Source: Tubiluchus corallicola
Lineage: Eukaryota; Animalia; Priapulida
Direction: 5' to 3'
DNA length: 19,263 nucleotides
Assembly: GCA_030141605.1 (NCBI GenBank)
Contig: JAQGDQ010001960.1
Coordinates: 1-19,263 of the forward strand
Shown here one piece after another: positions 11,828 through 19,263 of this stretch. The notes below the pieces were generated by a model. The model saw only the letters and a program-made list of their open reading frames with translations. It was not told the DNA's origin and made no database searches. The position numbers were made by a program, and so were the translations under genes. The stretch's first letter is position 1, and each line of letters opens with the position of its first letter.

Positions 11828-14401
11828 TTAATGTTTGTTTCATTAATGAATTTTTAAGTTTAAATCTCAAAATTTCAACACACCACCTTTCATTGTCCAA
11901 CTTTTGGTTTATGTTTAAAGGAAAAGCCCAGTCACTCGGAAAGTTGAGCTTATTTTAATTTTTAAGAAAAATATTTAAGTTTCACTAATAAAATTATGAT
12001 AAGCACCTTGTGTAATTAATTTAAATCAATGCAATTTACATCATGATCACATAATTTGGAACAAGAAATGGCATCATTTGGTTACTGTGCAACGTAAGCA
12101 AATGTCCAGAAGTAAGAATGATTTAAATTTCTTTTAAATTTTTAAGCTAGGCATTTTACGTTGCATATATTGTGTGGTAATTTCAATTTTGCTAAGTGTA
12201 TATTAAAATGCAATGAATATTGTGTGAGGGTTGATTTTTCCTTTAACAGTTTGGCTTCCAGCTTGCATGTGTTGTAGGCATTTAACCAGAGTTGACAAAC
12301 CTTCTGTAGAACCAACAGAAGATTTAAAAGTGTTGATAGCTTCCAGTTATTTGCGTAAATTTTGGGTTTGGGCTACTAATTATCAAAACCGCAACTAAAT
12401 TTAAAAAGTTGTTTCAAATATTGGTCAAATCAATGTTCCAAAATCTAAAACTCCAGCTGGGTTTGTGCCAGTACTTTCAGCAGTTGTCACATACAAGTAT
12501 TATAGACGAAATTTAGATTTCTTTTAACTTAAGAATGTTTCAATTCACTACACACAGTGTACTAAGAGTAGCCGCAGCAGCAATTTAGACAAAAGCACTA
12601 ACAACGACGAAGGCAATGATGACATATAGAAAAAGGTTCTAAATACTATTCTTTTTTGTTTTTTTATAAGCATTTTACTAGACTACAGATCACTGAATTA
12701 AAAAAATGACGCAAAATGCAGACGGAAAAATTAATTCCTTTATTTTATTTATCCACTAACATTGTTTGCCTATTGATGTTACTGTGGTGATCATAAACGA
12801 TGTTCCTTCGTTCTGTATCATCTTTCTTCAACAGATGTAATGAGTGAGTAACTTCAAATTCTCAATTTGTTTGTAATTTAAGACACTTTGATCTAAGGTT
12901 TTAGCTCGGGATCATTTTTGATGATAAAGCATCGTCAACTCTTGTTAAAGTTTAGAATGATGACCGAAGTTGGTTCGTCAGCTGATTAATCTCTGGGCTT
13001 GAATTGAGGCAAATAATAGTTAAAAAGTGCTACTGCAGACTGTTATAATCAAATTCTGTCAAGGAACAACTGGTAATGCAAATAAACGTAACTTGACCAA
13101 CTTTCCAGTGAGCTTGGGTTTAGCCTTTAGTTCAATACTGTCAAAGGGCATCTTACCATGAAGAGGCTGACACTGCTAAGAGGCAGACTTAGGAAAAGGG
13201 ATCTTTTTTTAGAATTGCATAATGTCAACTTTGCTATAGGATGCTGTGACATTCAAGCCTAATGCATGTCATAGTTCCACCACTGTCATTATTTTACAGC
13301 TCAAGTTTTAAATGGACAGTTTACTGCCGACATTAACACGCAGTTCTCTAGACATGTTGCATGAAATTGTTGCCAAAGTGCATAAAACTTTGTAAAAACA
13401 AATGATGCTGAAATTTCAGTGCTCCCTGGTGAGCTTGTGCACTGTAGCCTGTATAAAAATGGCTTCACTTGGGATGCCTGTAACATTAGTGTTATATGAG
13501 AGGCTGCACACATGTGCATCAGCTGGCTTCATTTGAGCATTTAGTCATGTTGTAGAGCAGTGCGAGTTATATAACAGTATGTGATCAGCAGCTCTCAGAT
13601 TGGATTGTAAATTTACTTTCTAATTGATGTAAGACTACCAGTGATACAGTGTGTTTGGTTGATTGGTTAGAAGTTGACATTTCTGCATGAAATATTGCGG
13701 TAGCATTTGTGATGTTACAGTAAAACTTCTTTATTTTGAACGTATGTACGTAATATGTTTGTATGCTATAACAGAATAAAATAAAGAAGTCTTATGTTGC
13801 ATCACATATTTTTGTGTACGTCACTTACATTCTGTATATTTAGTCTGTAATTGGCATAATTAGGAGCTACATCAAAGAGTGTAAATGAAGATGTATTGAC
13901 AAGATTTCTAATTACGTGCGTCAGATTGTCAAGTTTTTTATCACTCGGGCATTGTTTCTTATTTACTGTAACTTGTTCTATTGTCATTATAAGTGGCAGG
14001 CTTTACATGCTCTTCCTCTAGTTCGTTTCCTATTTAACATTCTATTTTCTATTTACAGTTTTGTATCTGCCTGTGAAATGCACTGTCTTATTGTCTGTTG
14101 TGCTTATTTGATCTGTCAATTTTCTTTTGAAGAAAACTGTCATTGCAGGTTATATATTAGTGCTTATATAAATACGAATTCTTGTTACCATCACAGACGC
14201 GTGTTTTTTATATTTCAGAAACATCTACTGTGTAGTCATGATAGTAGACTAGTACTAGTAGTAGTGAAATTATCAGTTGGTTTAGCTACTAATGTTGTTA
14301 TATTGATCTATGCTGTGTAATTGATTATGGCAATATACCTTGTTTGGTATAAATATCATTATTAAAGGCCGCACCATGGTACACTGATGTTTTCATTTCA
14401 G

Positions 14402-14506
14402 AATCCAGGTAAATGATCAGATCGTTGAAGTAGACGGGAAGAGCTTGGTGGGAGTGTCGCAAGCCTACGCTGCGTCCGTGTTGCGCAACACGTCTGGTCT
14501 GGTGAG
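14402..14506 (+). CDS. PPP1R9A: Neurabin exon A (C-terminal half of PDZ), 105 bp, phase 2-2
   Basis: tttcatttcag|A ATC CAG GTA AAT GAT ... CTG GTG AG|gtgagt; [35 protein letters not shown]. Confidence 0.95.
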
Positions 14507-17500
14507 GTGAGTGTTCCTTGCTACAGCAATTCAAGTTGTTGTTCCAAAGAAAACTTGCAAAACTAACATGAACATTTTCATGGGCCTTTAATTATCTATG
14601 CCAGCTATAAAATAACATGTACATCAAACAATGGTAAGTAAGTAAAGTTTTTTGCTTCTGCAAGTTGAATGCAGAAAGTTTCATTACAGGTAGTTATCGA
14701 CTTACTACCATAATTCCGATTCTGCCGTAATTTGTCGTAAGATGAATCGGACCTGCATAATTGACGTGCATATATTCAAGCAGTGTACCCCTTACATGGA
14801 GTACTTTGTGTATGTACGTGCACTTAGTATGGCAGCGCCAACGATGAATTTATCAAAACAGATAGTGATTTAAAGTTAATTTGTTTAAAAATAGAGGGAA
14901 ATATGAGTTGTAATCGGTTTTGTATAATTGATTAACTAAGTTGCGGTTGGATCGTAAAGTCAATAAGTTGCTTAGGTCATAAATCGTCGACTACCTGATT
15001 ACCAGTATAGAGTGTGAGTGCATGTATATGTAGTTATCAAAGTTCAGTAACACTAAGCCAGTGAAATGGATGGTTGATGGATGACTGCCTAAACTGCAAT
15101 ACTGCTATTTCATGGCGGAACATGGCTAAAGCACTTCTACCAGTCCGGGGGTCTCATGTTAAAGAATAGCAATGGGTTCTGGTCCATCTGCAAGCGTTTA
15201 CTTTAAGCAGTCCCACTATTGAGCATTGAAACCTGGCATACAAAAATTACAGGAATGCTCTTTTTGCAATGTAATTATTGAACTCAAACCTTTTTTGAAG
15301 TGTTCCAGTTAGTTTTCTGTTTTGTATAGTGTAAATTTGGTTTCAATTTTATATATAGCATCACCATGTGACACAATATTGGGCCAAATATTGGAATTAG
15401 TTTTGAAGGGTGTTTGACGACCAAGCAGCAATAAACAACAATCAATAATTGACACTTATGGGGTAATTTTACAGCTCTCTCGCCTCATTTCATCGCATGT
15501 TGCATACGCTGAGATGACATTTCAAGGTGAATTGCGCTGTTTTTCACACTGTAACACTGTATCTATGCTTGCAGTTTAAAATCTAATTAATATTTAACTC
15601 TCTCGCAGGTTTATGATCGGTCGCGAAAAAGATCAGAAAAATAGTGAGATTGCACGTCTGATCAGTCAGTCCATTGAGCAAGATCGTAAACGAGAGCAGC
15701 GGAAGCGGGAGCAGGATGAAGAGAGGAGGAAGATTGAGGAGTACTTAAAGTCGTGTTCTCATGCTCAACAAGAACAGAATGAGGAGGAGGAAGATGAACA
15801 GCACCAGGGAGTATGTTGATTCTGATTTAGCTATAATATTGCAAATTTTTCATGTTGTACAGCTTTCTTAATTTGTACTGGAAGGGAGAATATGTTTTCT
15901 GTTTCCTCCAAATCATGATGTTTCTGACGTTTATTGCATTTTACTGATTTAGTTCTTGTGCACATAGACAGTGACTAGCAAATGTTCCTTAATTTATGGC
16001 ATGTGTACTGTTAGTGTTTTGGGATAGCTTAATTTTTGTTTCTGAAACGTTTTAGTCCTGGCATAGAGTTACAAACTAATGTTTTGAATACAGAAACATA
16101 CTAAATGGACGTTATAGTTAACCTCTTACACATGTCTCTGCTGCTCATCGACATGCTGGCTGTAACAACAGTCTTGTTTTTTTGCATTGTTTTATGTCAT
16201 TAACTGCATCCAGAAAGCCATGACATAAAAAAATAAAAAAGTTCTAAAGTTGAGATGATAATTTAACTTGGTGATTAAGTTATCTGTAAGTACATTATTA
16301 GCCTGTACTTTAGAAAAAAAGACTAAGCTGTCATAAAACTTACACTTCCAGCTTGAAGTGTAGAGTGCAGAATAATAGTTAAGGAGTAACCTGAGTCAGC
16401 AACACTGCCAGGTCCTCAAGCAATGGGGATCCACAGCTCTGTAACTCTTTAGAAACTGTTGTGCACCCAAATCGGTGATTCTGCAGATCCGCAGGCTCAC
16501 GGAACTGTGTCAAATGTACGCTTCATCTTTTTTCTTAAGTACTTGTTTTACAGTCAGTTATTTTGCTTGTTTTAGACTCCCAACGAGTCCCCTATACGTG
16601 ACATGCTAGCAACTGAGTATGCGTCTGTGGAAGACATCACTAGTCCGCTCTCTTCTCTCGATGACCAATCGCCAGTGACGCACTCTGGAGGGGAAAAGTT
16701 GCACTGCGAAGTTTTTGATTTGCCAGATGATGTTAGCAGTGACTCATTAAGCCCTGAAATGGATAGCCGTTCACTTGTTTTGAAGCTTAAAGAGGTGTGG
16801 TAACATTTTTGTTTTTGCTGCCTGTCTTTTTTTATTTTTTCGTTTATTTATAGTTTTTTGTTATTGTCTTATTATATTTGTTAACGTCATACAAACTTTT
16901 TTATTACTAATTACAATTTACCATTTGATTTTTTTTTGTTTTTTTATTTTTTAATTGGCAAGGCAATGGCTTAATATTTTAAAGTGAAGCTCGTTAAATG
17001 TGTAAAACAAATATGTTTTTTGAAACATTAAGCATTTTGAAACTTTAAACCTGAACCTCAATGAACTTTATTATCTGGTTTTTCCTGAACCACGAGTGTG
17101 TAGCCAGAGGTACATTGTATTGCAATAATTTCACGTGCAGTAATACTTTGGTACTGTGATGTGCGTGGGTGTATTACATTTATGCCTTTCTAACCAGGCA
17201 TATTTACTGGATAATATTTATTGATTTGTTGCAGGCTCAGATTAAGAATGCTGTAGCCGAAGCAGAACTATCTAAAGCAAAGGCTAAGGTAAAAAATTGG
17301 TTTTTATGTTGAAAAGCTTTTGAAAGACATGATATATAAAAGTAAATTGCACGTTTGAAAACCGTATGAAAAATATGGTTACTGTTTACTTTGCTGTTTA
17401 CTGTGTGAATGGTTTGCAAAAACAAGAATTTGAGTTTGGAGTTTTTGTTGTTTTGCTGTATACAGAAATTTCGGAACAATGACACATTTTGAAACTGGTT

Positions 17501-19191
17501 TGGAAAGCGTTGGTTTAAAATTTTTGCAATTTAAAAAAGTAGAGTCAATAAAGTCAAGTAGAAATAAATTATATTTCCATGATCTAGTGAATTGCAGTTT
17601 TTCAATATTTGTTAATGAAAAATCTTTTACTGAAAAAGGGGAAAATATAGGTTCACTGAGCAAAAGCAAAACTGTTTTAGAGTATGTGACTGAAAAAGGA
17701 AAAAAGGAAAATGGTGATTTTAGTTTGATTAGGTAAGGGAAAACTGAGTTAAATCTGTGTTTGAAAAAGAAAGATGGAAATAATTTTTAAATTATTAAAA
17801 ATATTTTTTGGTTTATTATCGTGTAGCAAATATTGGTATTCAACAGAATGACAACTTTTTTTTATACAGGGTGTTCCAAAACAACAGTGCACTAACAAAT
17901 AACACAAACTATAAGCATACCAATTTTACATCAGACAAAATTCAATACTGTGTAGATACTTGTTAATGACACACTTTCAACAGTTATTGGTATAATTTCT
18001 TAGTATATGTCATTATTGTGTCTTAACACTCAACTGCCTTTATCTGTGGTTTTATCAGCATATCGGCATATATCTACTGCACTGTTTTTAACACCTTGTA
18101 GCTAGGGTAGTTAACACCTTTACCTTGTTCTCATAAAAATCATTTTTGTTGGCAGATTATTGCACTGGAAAGTTCTGAGAGTCAACAGAAGGATAACTTA
18201 CAGCGTAAAAACGACAACTTGTCGCAGAAAGTGCATGATGTGGAGGCAGTTGTGGAAACTCAGCGGAAGGAGCTTCTCCGTTATGAGGACATGCTGGAGG
18301 AATCGCAAGGCCAGTATATTGTACTCGAGAAAAAATACATGAAGGCTAAAAAGCTGATAAAGGAGTTTCAACAAAGGTAATGAATACAGTGTGGGTATAT
18401 ATGCTAAACTTACTTAGTGAGTATTACTGACTGAAATCTGAATCCTGGTTAGGTTATTCTTGATGACTCCTGGTTTGGTGCAGTTGTGAGGTGTCGATAG
18501 GGTCTTTGGCCTTAACTGGCTTCGTTAAGGGTTTTGCAGTGCTGTGAAGGCAGAAGAGATTCTACCTTCTACAGTGTTTTTGCTATGCTTGTCATCTTTC
18601 AAAAGGTTGTGTAAGAGAGCTACATATTACATTAATGCTAGAAACTAGAGCATAACTTGAAACTATGTGCTTTTGGAATAATCACCCCTGAGCCAAAATT
18701 TTTTTTGGTATTGCCCAAATGCAGTTGTACAGCAAAGACATTAAGGTCTTATTTCAATATATTTAATACAACTTGGAATGTTAACAGTTAGCGATCAGAT
18801 TTTTTCAAATTATTGACTAAGCAGAATGTATAAATTCGTTAAATGTATTAATGCAAATTAAAAGTATCTTACCTTTAATTAAATGAAAAATAAAACCCTC
18901 AAGTTGCATTTTGTTGAGTTAACTGCCATACAGTTTTTGCTTATTTAAATTTTATGCTCACTTCTTGTCACACAGCGATTTTTTTTGTAGCAGTGAAGTT
19001 TAAATCTGCATTTTACATTATAATCTAATCTGGCACTTGCAAGGTTAGATGACATTTGTACGTTTTCTGATTTAACGACATATATTGTTTGCAGAGAACA
19101 TGATTTCTTACGCAGAGAAGAGTATCATACACAAGTACTGCAAGAGAAAGAATTAGAATATAATTCGGTGGTAAAACATCTAAATGATCGG
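14402..19191 (+). CDS. PPP1R9A: Neurabin/spinophilin (PPP1R9A/B, Spn) orthologue, partial spliced CDS: join(14402..14506,15609..15810,16576..16794,17235..17288,18156..18376,19095..19191), about 299 codons, 5' and 3' incomplete
   Basis: Six exons with GT-AG boundaries and compatible phases splice into one open frame. It contains [41 protein letters not shown] (neurabin PDZ), [15 protein letters not shown] and [23 protein letters not shown] (neurabin coiled coil). Family recognised from memory; 9A versus 9B cannot be distinguished. Confidence 0.95.
14687..14997. mobile_element. Mirror copy of the Tigger/pogo-like MITE (intron A-B)
   Basis: Mirror of 4265..4575. Confidence 0.7.
15609..15810 (+). 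CDS. PPP1R9A: Neurabin exon B (end of PDZ plus charged helix), 202 bp
   Basis: tctcgcag|G TTT ATG ATC GGT ... CAG GGA|gtatgt; [26 protein letters not shown]...; overlaps ORF 15613..15819. Confidence 0.93.
16576..16794 (+). CDS. PPP1R9A: Neurabin exon C (Ser/Asp-rich linker), 219 bp
   Basis: gttttag|ACT CCC AAC ... AAA GAG|gtgtgg; ends [17 protein letters not shown], in frame with the next exon. Confidence 0.88.
17235..17288 (+). CDS. PPP1R9A: Neurabin exon D (start of coiled coil), 54 bp
   Basis: gttgcag|GCT CAG ATT AAG ... GCT AAG|gtaaaa; [18 protein letters not shown]. Confidence 0.9.
17867..18098. mobile_element. Mirror copy of the mariner-type MITE (intron D-E)
   Basis: Mirror of 1164..1395. 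Confidence 0.65.
18156..18376 (+). CDS. PPP1R9A: Neurabin exon E (coiled coil), 221 bp
   Basis: ttggcag|ATT ATT GCA ... CAA CAA AG|gtaatg; IIALESS...[29 protein letters not shown]. Confidence 0.93.
19095..19191 (+). CDS. PPP1R9A: Neurabin exon F (coiled coil), 97 bp
   Basis: tttgcag|A GAA CAT GAT ... GAT CGG|gtaagt; [32 protein letters not shown]. Confidence 0.92.
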
Positions 19192-19263
19192 GTAAGTAAA
19201 AAAATACTTCTCCGTTAAAGTTAGTGAAAATGCTGTTTTATACTTTGTATGTAAATGTTGCTT

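Larger units (their letters stand above)
10572..19261 (-). repeat. Right arm of giant inverted repeat (palindrome); partner 1..8690
   Basis: Reverse complement of 1..8690 with no net indel (constant coordinate sum 19262). Pairing continues imperfectly (one indel, one mismatch) to 10553/8710. Confidence 0.99.

Noticed and set aside
12252-12629. 126-codon + strand frame with three internal stops (WLPACMCCRH...KSTNNDEGNDDI)
   Set aside because: No neurabin similarity or convincing motif; stop depletion is modest given the number of frames examined.
17299-17736. Stop-poor frame in intron D-E (includes ORF 17479..17736, AG|GTAAGG donor at 17733, and overlapping antisense ORFs; mirror about 1526..1963)
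   Set aside because: In that frame the donor is phase 2, incompatible with the phase-0 D-E junction, and there is no recognisable homology. A decayed insert cannot be excluded without BLASTX.
18160-18342. 60-aa ORF MHWKVLR... (mirror 920..1102)
   Set aside because: It is the +1 frame shadow of neurabin exon E. The true frame starts at 18156 and matches the neurabin coiled coil.
1-19263. Prokaryotic or viral systems (CRISPR array, operon, hairpin-ended linear replicon, rRNA/tRNA)
   Set aside because: The content is a spliced metazoan gene with eukaryotic transposons. I saw no repeat-spacer array, long ORFs or structural RNA signatures.

Overview
AT-rich, intron-rich animal (probably invertebrate) genomic DNA arranged as one giant palindrome. 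Bases 1..8690 are the reverse complement of 10572..19261 (partner coordinates always sum to 19262), around a unique spacer of about 1.9 kb. Each arm carries the same six spliced exons of a neurabin/spinophilin (PPP1R9A/B, Drosophila Spn) gene, covering the second half of the PDZ domain, a linker and the coiled coil. The two copies point outward from the centre, and I found no 5' exons between them. A 2.1-kb TTAA-flanked Kolobok-like element (7435..9533) runs intact from the left arm into the spacer but is cut off in the right arm. This indicates that left arm plus spacer is the original sequence and the right arm is a fold-back copy, primed at a short imperfect inverted repeat (about 8687..8710 / 10553..10575). 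Whether the fold-back is biological or an amplification/assembly chimera cannot be decided from the sequence alone. Two Tc1/mariner-type MITEs lie in introns. Most ORFs in the supplied track are shadows of exons or intronic.
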